Below are positions 30,249 to 40,614 of a stretch of 64,000 nucleotides of DNA, piece by piece; within the stretch, counting starts at the first letter, position 1; each line of letters starts with the position of its first letter. The DNA comes from an uncultured bacterium. Its GTDB lineage: Bacteria; Bacteroidota; Bacteroidia; Bacteroidales; Marinilabiliaceae. The notes beneath the pieces are model-generated. The model did not search any database, was not told where the DNA came from, and saw only the letters and a list, made by a program, of their open reading frames with translations. The stretch covers positions 28,342-92,341 of the forward strand of contig CBDUZZ010000005.1 of NCBI GenBank assembly GCA_965371855.1. Reading direction: 5' to 3'. The position numbers and the translations under genes were made by a program.

Positions 30249-30698
30249 ATGACATCTTTTATAATAGCTCTTGCTACACTCATTCTTGGTTATTTTTTTT
30301 ACGGCCGTGTAGTTGAACGCTTCTTTGGCGCTGATGACTCAAAGCCAACACCGGCAATGAAAATGCAAGATGGCGTTGACTACACACCTATGCCTACATG
30401 GAAAGTATTTACTATTCAATTTCTTAACATTGCAGGTCTGGGGCCAATTTTCGAAACCATTCTCGGGGCCATGTATCTGGCTAAAGTAAAAAAACCTCTC
30501 TGGATGCTTTCATTGCCGGCAGCTTTTATGACAACTGTGACGTTTACATACCTGCTTGTTGCTCCGGTGAAAAACGGCGGTTTCTTTTTAAGTACTGACA
30601 TTGGCTATTTAATTGGTCTCGCAGGTGGTATCTTTTCACTTATTCTATTCATAAATAAATCACGTAAACATTCAAAGGGAAACAGATTACATGAATAA
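30249..30698 (+). pseudogene. Carbon starvation protein CstA remnant with an in-frame internal deletion (intact 149-aa ORF)
   Basis: The N-terminus GYFFYGRVVERFFGADDSKPTPAMKMQDGVDYTPMPTWKVFTIQFLNIAGLGPIF matches the CstA N-terminus. It runs straight into a C-terminal-like segment KKPLWMLSLPAAFMTTVTFTYLLVAP. Several hundred central residues are absent. Confidence 0.6.
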
Positions 30699-31890
30699 TT
30701 TCAGACCTTTCTCAAGAAAGACAGTACTCATTTGGTTTGCTCTGCTAACCTTCGGATTAACTGAATTGGCAGCAGCTTATCCGCATATTACAGAGAAGTA
30801 TTATTCTACCGGCATTTATCCTGTTATTGCATCCATATTAAGCAGAATAAGTAATGCTTTCCCGTTTTCGTTGGATGACATTTTCTACATATCTCTAATC
30901 GTTGTAGCCATCACTCTGACAGGACTTTTAATAATTAGTGTCTGCAAGAAAACTATCAAATTTAGAGGTTTGCGTCATTGCGAACGAGGTACGAGTAAAG
31001 CAATCTCTATTGGATATCAACAGATTGCTTCGTCCTATCGTCCTCGCAATGACGATCTGTGTCATGTTTTCTTGCAGACACTAATTAGAAAGGTTCGAAT
31101 AAAAAAAATCATCTATACGCTTATAAATGTTTTAGCTGTAGTTTACATTCTCTTTTACTGGTTATGGGGTTTTAACTATTTCAGAATACAATTAAACGAA
31201 AGATTAACTATTCCTGAACAAACAGTATCGAAGGAAAATTTCAACTATGCACTTGATTATTTAATAGAATCTGCAAACAAAAATCACACTGACACATTTA
31301 ATATTAGCTACAACGACATAAACATATTGGTTGAAAAAAGTTATCAAGAGTCATCCGGTTTTTTAAAAATAAATTACCCTCAGGGAGTTCGTAATCCAAA
31401 ACCTATTACATTCAGCAGGTTTTTTGCCAAGGCTGCCATTTCCGGGTATTTCGGGCCATTTTTTAATGAGATACATATTAACCACTATCTGTTGCCTGTT
31501 GAGTATCCATGGACACTTGCACATGAAAAATCACATCAGTTTGGAATAACAAGCGAAGCAGAAGCAAATTTTTATGCATGGATTATTTGCAACAATAGTG
31601 AAAACAGTCAAATCAGATATAGTGCTAACCTAAATGCACTGTTCTACTTTTTATACGAGGCAAGAAAACTGAAAGATTATAAAAATACTATTTCTAAAAT
31701 TGACGAAGATGTAAAAGAAGACATTAGAGAAATCATTAATCACTGGGCCAAACTTCGTAATAAACATGTTGAGAAAGCTGCATCCAAAGCAAACGACACT
31801 TACCTTAAAACAAACAAAATAGAAAAAGGTATTGATGACTACAATGAAGTTGTAAAGTATGTTACTGAGTATTTGGTGATGAAGAAATGA
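30691..31890 (+). CDS. DUF3810-family putative membrane metalloprotease
   Basis: 399 aa with N-terminal TM segments and a LAHEKSHQFGITSEAEANFYAW zinc-protease-like motif. It carries a 52-codon palindromic insertion (separate feature). Confidence 0.7.
   Translation: MNNFRPFSRKTVLIWFALLTFGLTELAAAYPHITEKYYSTGIYPVIASILSRISNAFPFSLDDIFYISLIVVAITLTGLLIISVCKKTIKFRGLRHCERGTSKAISIGYQQIASSYRPRNDDLCHVFLQTLIRKVRIKKIIYTLINVLAVVYILFYWLWGFNYFRIQLNERLTIPEQTVSKENFNYALDYLIESANKNHTDTFNISYNDINILVEKSYQESSGFLKINYPQGVRNPKPITFSRFFAKAAISGYFGPFFNEIHINHYLLPVEYPWTLAHEKSHQFGITSEAEANFYAWIICNNSENSQIRYSANLNALFYFLYEARKLKDYKNTISKIDEDVKEDIREIINHWAKLRNKHVEKAASKANDTYLKTNKIEKGIDDYNEVVKYVTEYLVMKK
30932..31087. repeat. 156-bp palindromic element inserted in frame in the DUF3810 gene
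   Basis: Outer arms taattagtgtctgcaagaaaac (30932-30953) and gttttcttgcagacactaatta (31066-31087) are perfect 22-bp reverse complements. Inner arms are cgtcattgcga (30973-30983) with tcgcaatgacg (31044-31054), and aagcaatct (30998-31006) with agattgctt (31022-31030). 156 is 52 codons, and there is no stop in the gene frame. Confidence 0.8.
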
Positions 31891-32071
31891 TGTGATGAGC
31901 TAATGTGATAATTTGAGTGTTTATGAAGTATAGCACAATCAGTGCCGACACTTCGAGAAAGAAATGAAAATTAAACAAATCATCACACACCATATTATCA
32001 CATCAACACATCAAAAATGTAACCTTTTTCATACGGAAGGCATCAAAGAAGAAACTTTAAATAATTAAATT

Positions 32072-32449
32072 ATGGATCACACAGCAGAAAGCATCGCAAC
32101 ATCAATTACAGTTGCACTTACTTTTATCAGCCTTATTGCAGGATTATTCCTTGCATGGTATTTTTATCTGAAAGCAAAACAAAAAGAACGTCTGGCTCTT
32201 ATTGAAAAAGCATCGGAGGGGATTGATTTCACAAAGCTCTTTGAACGTCCGAAAAAACAGCAATTCAGGTTTAAGTTCCCATGGTTAAAACTGGGGATTT
32301 TGATTTTCTCCATTACCTTTGGTGTTGCAATTAAGCTTCTGTTTTTTCGTGGAATGGATGATGATTACGCACCTCTGTTCGGGTTTATGTTTGGAGGTAT
32401 TGGCATGATTGCTGCCCACTTTGCAGACAGGCGAAAAGACGGCGAATAA
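32072..32449 (+). CDS. Small membrane protein, first gene of the ECF sigma module
   Basis: 125 aa with TM segments at the N-terminus and centre. Contains RLALIEKA. No confident family assignment. Confidence 0.5.
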   Translation: MDHTAESIATSITVALTFISLIAGLFLAWYFYLKAKQKERLALIEKASEGIDFTKLFERPKKQQFRFKFPWLKLGILIFSITFGVAIKLLFFRGMDDDYAPLFGFMFGGIGMIAAHFADRRKDGE

Positions 32450-32454
32450 CATTT

Positions 32455-33012
32455 ATGGAAGAGGCATACATAAAACGGGTTACAGAAGGTGATGTAGAGG
32501 CATTCCGGTTTATAATCAGGAAACACCAACACATGGCCTTCACCGTTGCTATGTCAATTGTTAAAGATGAATTTACGGCAGAAGAGGTCACACAGGAAGC
32601 TTTTATCAAAGCCTTTGAAAACCTTAACAAATTCCGATTTCAATCAAAATTCAGCACATGGTTGTACAGGATAGTTGTGAATTTAGCTTTCAAACAACTA
32701 AAAAAGTTAAAGGTACGCGAAGAGAGCTTTTTTAATGCAGCTAATGATAATTTCACTGATGAGCCTGACGGGTTTGATAATTTAAAAGAGAATGACCGAA
32801 TATACTACATTAATAAGGTATTAAATATACTTTCGCCAAAAGAGAGCCTGGCATTAAGACTTTTTTATCTTGATGAAAACTCAATTGAAGAAGTGAATAA
32901 TATCATCGGGTGGTCAAAAAGTAACACAAAAGTCATCCTGCATAGGGCACGCAAGAATTTTTACTGTGCTTTAAATGAAATGCTAAAAAATGAGATGAAA
33001 ACAATTTTATAA
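32455..33012 (+). CDS. ECF-type RNA polymerase sigma-70 family factor
   Basis: 185 aa. Region 2 reads EEVTQEAFIKAFENLNKFRFQSKFSTWLYRIVVN, and region 4 reads EESLALRLFYLDENSIEEVNNIIGWSKSNTKVILHRARK. Confidence 0.9.
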   Translation: MEEAYIKRVTEGDVEAFRFIIRKHQHMAFTVAMSIVKDEFTAEEVTQEAFIKAFENLNKFRFQSKFSTWLYRIVVNLAFKQLKKLKVREESFFNAANDNFTDEPDGFDNLKENDRIYYINKVLNILSPKESLALRLFYLDENSIEEVNNIIGWSKSNTKVILHRARKNFYCALNEMLKNEMKTIL

Positions 33013-33020
33013 CCGAAGAG

Positions 33021-33380
33021 ATGTTTCTTATGGATATTTTTAGTAAAAACAGTGACGATAAATTAAAACGCTTAATAGGTGAAAGTAAGCTGGAGATGCC
33101 ATTCTCTGATTTCGAAGCCAGGTTGATGAGTCGCATAAACAATGAAGTAAGCAGTGAAAAAGTGATAACGAAAAACATTCGTCTGTCGTGGTTATTCTTT
33201 AGTCTTGGTACACTGTTTGGAATTCTATTAACAATTATTTTAAATCCCTCTAACATTATTTTTGGAGTGCCAGTATCGAAACTAACAATACCTTTGTATG
33301 TAATTGGAGTTACTATATTCTTCCTTATGTTTGAGCAGCTTCTAAAGCTTACTTTAAACCACAAAAAACATCATCTGTAA
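33021..33380 (+). CDS. Putative membrane anti-sigma factor / hypothetical
   Basis: 119 aa with 2 TM segments, immediately downstream of the ECF sigma gene. Assigned by position only. Confidence 0.4.
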   Translation: MFLMDIFSKNSDDKLKRLIGESKLEMPFSDFEARLMSRINNEVSSEKVITKNIRLSWLFFSLGTLFGILLTIILNPSNIIFGVPVSKLTIPLYVIGVTIFFLMFEQLLKLTLNHKKHHL

Positions 33381-33425
33381 TACTCAATTGTTCAGGACTG
33401 TTATAAAGACGCACTGCCGTACATC

Positions 33426-34127
33426 TCATAATGCCATTACCAACCGGTCAAGCATTATCTCTAATCTCTTGTTATTGTCTTCTATATATCTACCTGCATC
33501 AGATAGCATCTCCTTTTCAGATTGAATATAAGGAGCATTAATCAACTCATCCCGGCAATTGCTTGTTATCTCTTTTAATGAATGCACTGTTGTTTCAAAA
33601 TGAAATTGCAAACCCAAAACCTTATCGTTGAATAAAAAGGCCTGATTAGCACACACATCTGAAGATATCAGACGAACAGCACCTTTTGGAATATCAAATG
33701 TGTCGCCATGCCAGTGAAAAGTAACAAACTCATCAGGAAATTCTTGCAACAGCAGATGTTCTTTTCCGGCTTTTGTTAGTTGAATCGGCCACCAACCAAT
33801 CTCTTTGCTCTTATTAGGATACACTTCCGCACCCAAAACATGAGCAATCAATTGCGCACCAAGACAAATGCCAATAACCGTTTTACCGGCATCAATGGTT
33901 TCTTTAATAAATTGTTTCTCTTTGTTTAGCCACAATAAGCCTTCATCAAATATATTCATACCACCACCCATGACAATCAACCAGTCAAAATCATTTAATT
34001 CAGGTAGCTTTTCATCCTCAAAAAATCGGGTAAAAGAAAGTGAACAATTATTCTTCTCAGCCCATTTATTTATATAACCAATACCTTCAAAAGGCACATG
34101 CAAAAAACAGTGTATTCGTATACTCAT
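33426..34127 (-). CDS. Class I glutamine amidotransferase-like protein
   Basis: 233 aa. GICLGAQLIAHVLGA contains the nucleophile-elbow Cys. Also has FHWHGDTF and LGLQFHFE. Confidence 0.85.
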   Translation of the reverse strand: MSIRIHCFLHVPFEGIGYINKWAEKNNCSLSFTRFFEDEKLPELNDFDWLIVMGGGMNIFDEGLLWLNKEKQFIKETIDAGKTVIGICLGAQLIAHVLGAEVYPNKSKEIGWWPIQLTKAGKEHLLLQEFPDEFVTFHWHGDTFDIPKGAVRLISSDVCANQAFLFNDKVLGLQFHFETTVHSLKEITSNCRDELINAPYIQSEKEMLSDAGRYIEDNNKRLEIMLDRLVMAL

Positions 34128-34145
34128 CCTTAACTCATTAATATG

Positions 34146-34856
<711 letters not shown>

Positions 34857-34901
34857 AGAGGATACATTTATATTTTCAGACTAAAAATTGTGAAATATTT
34901 C

Positions 34902-34941
34902 AAAAAAAATGTCGCCTGAAAAAATCAGGCGACATTTTTTT
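34902..34941. terminator. Bidirectional intrinsic terminator
   Basis: A8-atgtcgcctga-aaaaa-tcaggcgacat-T7. An 11-bp stem is flanked by an A-run and a T-run, directly 3' of the BCCP gene. Confidence 0.85.
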
Positions 34942-34942
34942 A

Positions 34943-35263
34943 TTACTCAATGGTAATCATTAATTCATTTTTAGGAACCATGACTCCCATTTTCACATGA
35001 ATAGAAGTAATCCTGCCGTCAAACGGCATAATTATTTTGTTTCTCATTTTCATTGCCTCAAGAATTAATAACGGCTCTCCCTCCTTAGCTTTATCCCCTT
35101 CCTTAACAAATATTTCTACAATTGTACCCGGAATATACGATAATATTAAATTAGGATTCGGAGCCTCATAACTCTTTCTACTCTTGAAATTCTTAGTCAA
35201 TCTTGTTTTATACTTCAGGCTATGTACCTGAAAATCGACTAAATCCTTAAACTTTTTTGCCAT
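34943..35263 (-). CDS. Biotin carboxyl carrier (biotinyl/lipoyl domain) protein
   Basis: 106 aa with the EAMKM biotinylation motif (LLILEAMKMRNKI), downstream of the carboxyltransferase. Confidence 0.85.
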   Translation of the reverse strand: MAKKFKDLVDFQVHSLKYKTRLTKNFKSRKSYEAPNPNLILSYIPGTIVEIFVKEGDKAKEGEPLLILEAMKMRNKIIMPFDGRITSIHVKMGVMVPKNELMITIE

Positions 35264-35275
35264 AGTACATTAAGA

Positions 35276-36820
35276 TTAAAATGGTGGAATTCCATGTTTC
35301 TTTTTTGGACGAAAAGCACTTTTATTTGCAGCTACCTCAATAGCATGCAATATAAGCTTCCTGGTTTCTGAAGGTTCAATAACAGCATCAATATAACCTT
35401 TAGCTGCTGCAACATATGGATTAGCAAATTTATCTTTATATTCCTGAACTTTCTTCTTACGCATTTCATCCGGTTTTTCAGCAGATTCAATCTCTCTTTT
35501 AAAGATAATATTTGCAGCACCTTCAGGTCCCATAACAGCAATTTCAGCAGTAGGCCATGCCACCATGAAGTCAGCACCAAGGTGACGAGAATTCATGGCT
35601 ATATAACCCCCTCCATAAGCTTTACGTAGGATAACTGTAATTTTTGGTACAGTAGCCTCCGAATATGCATAAAGAATCTTTGCTCCATGACGAATTACTC
35701 CGGCATGTTCCTGATCAACACCCGGCAAATATCCGGGCATATCTTCAAGTGTAACAATCGGAATATTAAATGCATCACAGAAACGAATAAAACGCGCAGC
35801 TTTATCCGATGAATCAACATCAAGCACACCGGCCAAAACCAATGGCTGATTAGCAACGAATCCAATAGTTTCGCCATTCAAACGGCCAAAACCAATTACA
35901 ATATTCGCGGCCCACAGTTCCTGAATTTCAAAGAAATCAGAATTATCGACAACAGCCCTTATTACATCCCTGATATCGTAAGGTTGCTTTGGATCAGATG
36001 GGATAAGATCCTCTATCTTACCTTTTAGCTTAGGTGGTTTAGGAGGAAATGTTCGTGCTTTTGTTTCATTATTCCAAGGGATAAATGATATCAGTTTTTT
36101 AATCTGATCGAAACACTCTTTTTCACTTTCAGCAAAAAAGTGAGCATTTCCGGTTATTTCGGCATGAACACGTGCACCTCCAAGATCTTCCATCGAAATA
36201 TCTTCTCCAAGCACTGTTTTAATCACACTTGGACCGGTTATGAACATTTTGGATATCTTATCCACCACAAACACAAAATCAGTAAGAGCAGGAGAATAAA
36301 CAGCTCCACCGGCACATGGCCCCAGAATAACAGAAATTTGAGGGATTACACCTGAAGCCATTGTGTTACGATAAAAGATTTCTCCATAACCGGCAAGAGA
36401 ATTAACTCCCTCCTGAATTCTGGCACCTCCTGAGTCGTTAATACCAATTAAAGGAATACGCATTTTAAGAGCATGATCCATTATTTTTGTTATTTTCCGG
36501 GCATGCATTAAACCTAATGAGCCGCCTGCTACAGTAAAATCCTGTGCAAAAACACAAACAGGAGAACCATAGATTGAACCAGTTCCAATAACGACTCCAT
36601 CACCGTGAAGTTCTTTTTTTTCCATGCCGAAGCCACGGGCTTCATGTTCTACAAACAGGTCGTATTCTATAAAAGAATCTTTATCACAAAGTGCCTGAAT
36701 ACGCTCACGAGCAGTCAATTTCCCCATGGAAACCTGCTTCTCAATGGCTTTTTCACCACCCCCTTGTTGCACTTTCTCCTTTCTTTTACGAAGATCAAGG
36801 ATACTTTTTTTCAATGACAT
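35276..36820 (-). CDS. Acyl-CoA carboxyltransferase (methylmalonyl-CoA decarboxylase alpha / propionyl-CoA carboxylase beta family)
   Basis: 514 aa with family-typical GKLTARERI, AQDFTVAGGSLG, NDSGGARIQEG and RKAYGGGYIAM. Confidence 0.9.
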   Translation of the reverse strand: MSLKKSILDLRKRKEKVQQGGGEKAIEKQVSMGKLTARERIQALCDKDSFIEYDLFVEHEARGFGMEKKELHGDGVVIGTGSIYGSPVCVFAQDFTVAGGSLGLMHARKITKIMDHALKMRIPLIGINDSGGARIQEGVNSLAGYGEIFYRNTMASGVIPQISVILGPCAGGAVYSPALTDFVFVVDKISKMFITGPSVIKTVLGEDISMEDLGGARVHAEITGNAHFFAESEKECFDQIKKLISFIPWNNETKARTFPPKPPKLKGKIEDLIPSDPKQPYDIRDVIRAVVDNSDFFEIQELWAANIVIGFGRLNGETIGFVANQPLVLAGVLDVDSSDKAARFIRFCDAFNIPIVTLEDMPGYLPGVDQEHAGVIRHGAKILYAYSEATVPKITVILRKAYGGGYIAMNSRHLGADFMVAWPTAEIAVMGPEGAANIIFKREIESAEKPDEMRKKKVQEYKDKFANPYVAAAKGYIDAVIEPSETRKLILHAIEVAANKSAFRPKKKHGIPPF

Positions 36821-36995
36821 AATTTATAAATTTGAGTTAACCAATTATTATTCAGGTTATAATCATACTAAATGAATATCTATGAATAATATTTCGAGCT
36901 ACATAGTTACAAAATTTATTTTTATACTAAACACAAATCACTAATTCATTCTATTCTGAAAGTTACACAAATAAAATCTAAAAGCAAAGCCATCT

Positions 36996-38075
36996 TCACT
37001 TAGGTGCTCTATAATAAAGGACTACACCAATCATTGCAAAAACAATATTTGGAAGCCATACTGCTAACAAAGGGCTCATATTTCCATTAACAGCAAAAGT
37101 AGTTGAAATTGTCATAAACATTATGTATGCAAAACTCAATGATATTCCAATTCCGATATGCAGTCCCATTCCTCCCCGCACTTTCCTTGAAGCTAAAGAC
37201 ACCCCTATTAAAGTAAGAATAAAAGCAGCAAAAGGATTGGCTGTCCTTCTGTATTTCTCAATTACAAAAGCCTCAACATTACCCACTCCACGTCTTTGCT
37301 GTTCTTCAATATAGTCATTCAACTGGTCATTATTCATCATTTCATAGTAATGTCTTTCCTCTTTGAAATCACTCGGCTTAATAGCAATAACAGTATCCAT
37401 TACTTTTCCCGAAGTTATTCTTTGATGATCATCATCATAAATTTCCCTACTGATATAATTCCTTAATTTCCACCCTCCTGTAACAGTATCATAATTTATA
37501 CTTCTTGCTGATAGCTTTAATTTAAGTGTCTTTCCTTCAAATTTCTCAAGGCTAAAATAATCTCCCCTATCATTATAAGAATAGTAACTTGCCATATAAA
37601 TGAATACCCCGGGTTCAATCTGCATGTGAATATTTTTCATTCCTGTCTCTCTTCTGTTATTAATGTACCTGTTCTCAAACATCAACCTCACCTTATTTGC
37701 AGGAGGAATAATATAGCCACCAAGCCAAAATGAAAATATAGCAATAACAAGGGCTCCCAGAAAATATGGATACATCATCCGTCTGAAACTAACACCGCTT
37801 GAAAGAATAGCAATTATTTCAGAATTATATGCCATTTTTGATGTGAAAAATATCACAGCAATAAATACAAAAAGAGGAGTAAATAAGTTGGTAAAATAGG
37901 GAATGAAATTTTTATAATAATCAAATGCAATAGCATCTAAAGGAGCACCTTTTTCTATAAAATCATCTATTTTCTCTGTAATATCAAAAACAACAGAAAT
38001 GCTAATGATAAGCACTATAGCGAAAAAAAATGTTCCTAAAAATTTTTTAAGTATATAAAAATCTATTTTTTTCAA
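36996..38075 (-). CDS. LptF/LptG-family (YjgP/YjgQ) permease
   Basis: 359 aa. MKKIDFYILKKFLGTFFFAIVLI is a typical N-terminus, with 6 TM segments and a central periplasmic domain. Confidence 0.8.
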   Translation of the reverse strand: MKKIDFYILKKFLGTFFFAIVLIISISVVFDITEKIDDFIEKGAPLDAIAFDYYKNFIPYFTNLFTPLFVFIAVIFFTSKMAYNSEIIAILSSGVSFRRMMYPYFLGALVIAIFSFWLGGYIIPPANKVRLMFENRYINNRRETGMKNIHMQIEPGVFIYMASYYSYNDRGDYFSLEKFEGKTLKLKLSARSINYDTVTGGWKLRNYISREIYDDDHQRITSGKVMDTVIAIKPSDFKEERHYYEMMNNDQLNDYIEEQQRRGVGNVEAFVIEKYRRTANPFAAFILTLIGVSLASRKVRGGMGLHIGIGISLSFAYIMFMTISTTFAVNGNMSPLLAVWLPNIVFAMIGVVLYYRAPK

Positions 38076-38167
38076 AATTCAATATTTATAAATTCTGTCA
38101 TCAAGAAAACAAGTTACATACAAAAGAACAAAAAATATATGTTATTAAATATTAAACTACATGAAGC

Positions 38168-39298
38168 TTACAATCTTTGAGAAACTTGTTTTACCATAAC
38201 ACTCTTCCATGATAAAAAATCTCCTTGAAAAATATGTTTTCTGGCCTCATTAACAAGCCACAAATAAAAGCTCAGATTATGTATTGTAGCTATCTGTGCA
38301 GCCAACAACTCTTTAGACACAAAAAGATGTCGCAAATAAGCTCTGGTATAATGTTTATCAACAAAAGAAGTTCCCTCAGGGTCAACCGGTGTAAAATCAT
38401 CTTTCCATTTGTTATTTTTCATATTCATGATACCCTTGCTTGTGAACAGCATACCGTTTCTCCCATTTCGTGTAGGCATCACACAATCAAACATATCAAC
38501 CCCCAAAGTTATTGCTTCAAGAATATTAGCAGGAGTACCAACTCCCATAAGATAACGCGGTTTATCCTTTGGCAAAACAGCATTTACCAGCTCAATCATT
38601 TCATACATCACTTCAGCAGGTTCGCCTACTGCCAACCCTCCGATTGCATTTCCATTACAGTCCTGAGAGGAGATAAACTCAGCTGATTGTATTCTAAGGT
38701 CTTTAAAAACGCTTCCCTGAACAATGGGGAAATAAGCCTGAGAATGTCCATACAGCGGATCAGTTTCATTAAATCTTTTCACCCCTCTTTCCAGCCAATT
38801 ATGGGTCAACATCATTGATTTCCTTGCATAGTTGTAATCAGCGGTAGAAGGAGGACATTCATCAAAGGCCATCATAATATCAGCACCAATAATACGCTGT
38901 ATATCTACAACATTCTCTGCAGTAAAAAGATGCTTTGATCCATCGATATGAGAACAGAACTCCGCTCCATTTTCATTCAATTTGCGATTATTGCTCAATG
39001 AGAAAACCTGATAACCACCACTATCAGTAAGCACAGGCTTATCCCAACCATTAAACTTATGCAAACCTCCGGCTGCTTTAATAATATCCATGCCGGGGCG
39101 TAAATACAAATGATAAGTGTTTCCCAAAATAATTTGAGCCTTAATATCATCTTTCAAATCTCTGAAATGAACCCCTTTTACCGAACCCACAGTTCCAACC
39201 GGCATAAATATGGGTGTTTGAATAGTGCCATGATCAGTGGTTATTTCTCCTGCTCTGGCAGAACTATCCTTATCGGTATATTGTAAATCAAACTTCAT
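38168..39298 (-). CDS. tgt: tRNA-guanine transglycosylase
   Basis: MKFDLQYTDKDSSARAGEITTDHGTIQTPIFMPVGT..., TDSGGYQV, LMGVGTP and DCVMPTRNGRNG. Start set at ATG 39296-39298, since track start 39364 adds 22 unlikely residues. Confidence 0.95.
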   Translation of the reverse strand: MKFDLQYTDKDSSARAGEITTDHGTIQTPIFMPVGTVGSVKGVHFRDLKDDIKAQIILGNTYHLYLRPGMDIIKAAGGLHKFNGWDKPVLTDSGGYQVFSLSNNRKLNENGAEFCSHIDGSKHLFTAENVVDIQRIIGADIMMAFDECPPSTADYNYARKSMMLTHNWLERGVKRFNETDPLYGHSQAYFPIVQGSVFKDLRIQSAEFISSQDCNGNAIGGLAVGEPAEVMYEMIELVNAVLPKDKPRYLMGVGTPANILEAITLGVDMFDCVMPTRNGRNGMLFTSKGIMNMKNNKWKDDFTPVDPEGTSFVDKHYTRAYLRHLFVSKELLAAQIATIHNLSFYLWLVNEARKHIFQGDFLSWKSVMVKQVSQRL

Positions 39299-39459
39299 TA
39301 AGTCATTTATCAAATAAAAATCTTGCTTGTAACAATGTGTGTTTTTCGGGCAACAAAGATACAAAAGCCAGCTCTATTAATTACTTATGGTAAATAAAAA
39401 GATTTGTTTAAATATATTTTACAATGAAAAGTTTTTTACGCTATAAAATTATCTGATAT

Positions 39460-40614
39460 TTGCATTTTTATTTTACCAATAAAAAATTAATAAAATTGAA
39501 TCCGGAAACACTATATATTCTATCAGCTATTTTTATTTTTTCCTGGTTTTTTCAGGCCGTCCACTATTTATACATAATGGCTGCTTTTAATCGTTTTAAA
39601 CCTTCAACTCAAAATCCCACACCACCTTCCGTATCTGTTGTCATTTGTGCTAAAAATGAGGCAGAAAATTTACGTAATTTCATACCATTAATTTTAAACC
39701 AAAAATATCATGATTTTCAGGTGGTGGTGGTAAATGACTGTTCTACTGATGACACTGAGATGGTATTAGCGGAATTAAAGAAAACTTATAAAAGCCTTTA
39801 TTACACATCTATTCCTATTGACAAAAAATTTTTTCATGGAAAAAAGCTGGCTTTAACAATTGGTATTAAAGCCGCAAAACATAAGCATTTAGTCCTTACT
39901 GATGCAGATTGTTATCCGTCATCAGACAAATGGCTTCAGAACATAGCCGGTTCTTTCACTACAGATAAAAAAATTGTACTAGGTTACGGAGCGTATGAAA
40001 AAAAGAGAGGTCTTCTTAATTTATTAATACGTTTTGAAACTTTCTGGAATAGTGTTCAATATTTTGGATTCTCATTGACCTTAAGACCTTTTATGGGCGT
40101 TGGTCGTAACATTGCATATGAAAAACAACTATTTACTGACAGCTCACAATTCAAAAACAACTTATCAGTAGCTTCAGGTGATGATGACCTGTTTATAATT
40201 GAGATGGCCAAACAGGAAAACACTACCATCTGTTTTACACCTGACAGCCAGACTCTGTCAATACCTTCATCTACATTTAAGGATTGGAAATCGCAAAAAT
40301 CACGCCATCTAACATCATCCGTTTATTACCCCTTCTTCATAAAAGGATGGTTATTTTTTGAATTTTTAACAAGGCAAATAATATGGCTATTTACCTTTTG
40401 TTCAATATTTTTTTCTATTTTTGCGACCATAATTGGAGTACTTTTTACTTTACATATATTTATAAAAATAGTTGTATTAAATTTTTCAAGTAAAAAACTT
40501 CAGGAAAAGCAATTATTTTGGGCAATACTAATATTTGATTGGTTTATTCCAATTTGGATAGGAGTATTGTGGATTAGTAATTTATTGAGACCAAAAAAGA
40601 ATAAATGGAAGTAA
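39460..40614 (+). CDS. Glycosyltransferase family 2, membrane-bound
   Basis: VSVVICAKNEAENL, VVVVNDCSTDDT, TDADC and SGDDDLF motifs, with N- and C-terminal TM segments. The start (TTG at 39460) is uncertain. Confidence 0.8.
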   Translation: MHFYFTNKKLIKLNPETLYILSAIFIFSWFFQAVHYLYIMAAFNRFKPSTQNPTPPSVSVVICAKNEAENLRNFIPLILNQKYHDFQVVVVNDCSTDDTEMVLAELKKTYKSLYYTSIPIDKKFFHGKKLALTIGIKAAKHKHLVLTDADCYPSSDKWLQNIAGSFTTDKKIVLGYGAYEKKRGLLNLLIRFETFWNSVQYFGFSLTLRPFMGVGRNIAYEKQLFTDSSQFKNNLSVASGDDDLFIIEMAKQENTTICFTPDSQTLSIPSSTFKDWKSQKSRHLTSSVYYPFFIKGWLFFEFLTRQIIWLFTFCSIFFSIFATIIGVLFTLHIFIKIVVLNFSSKKLQEKQLFWAILIFDWFIPIWIGVLWISNLLRPKKNKWK

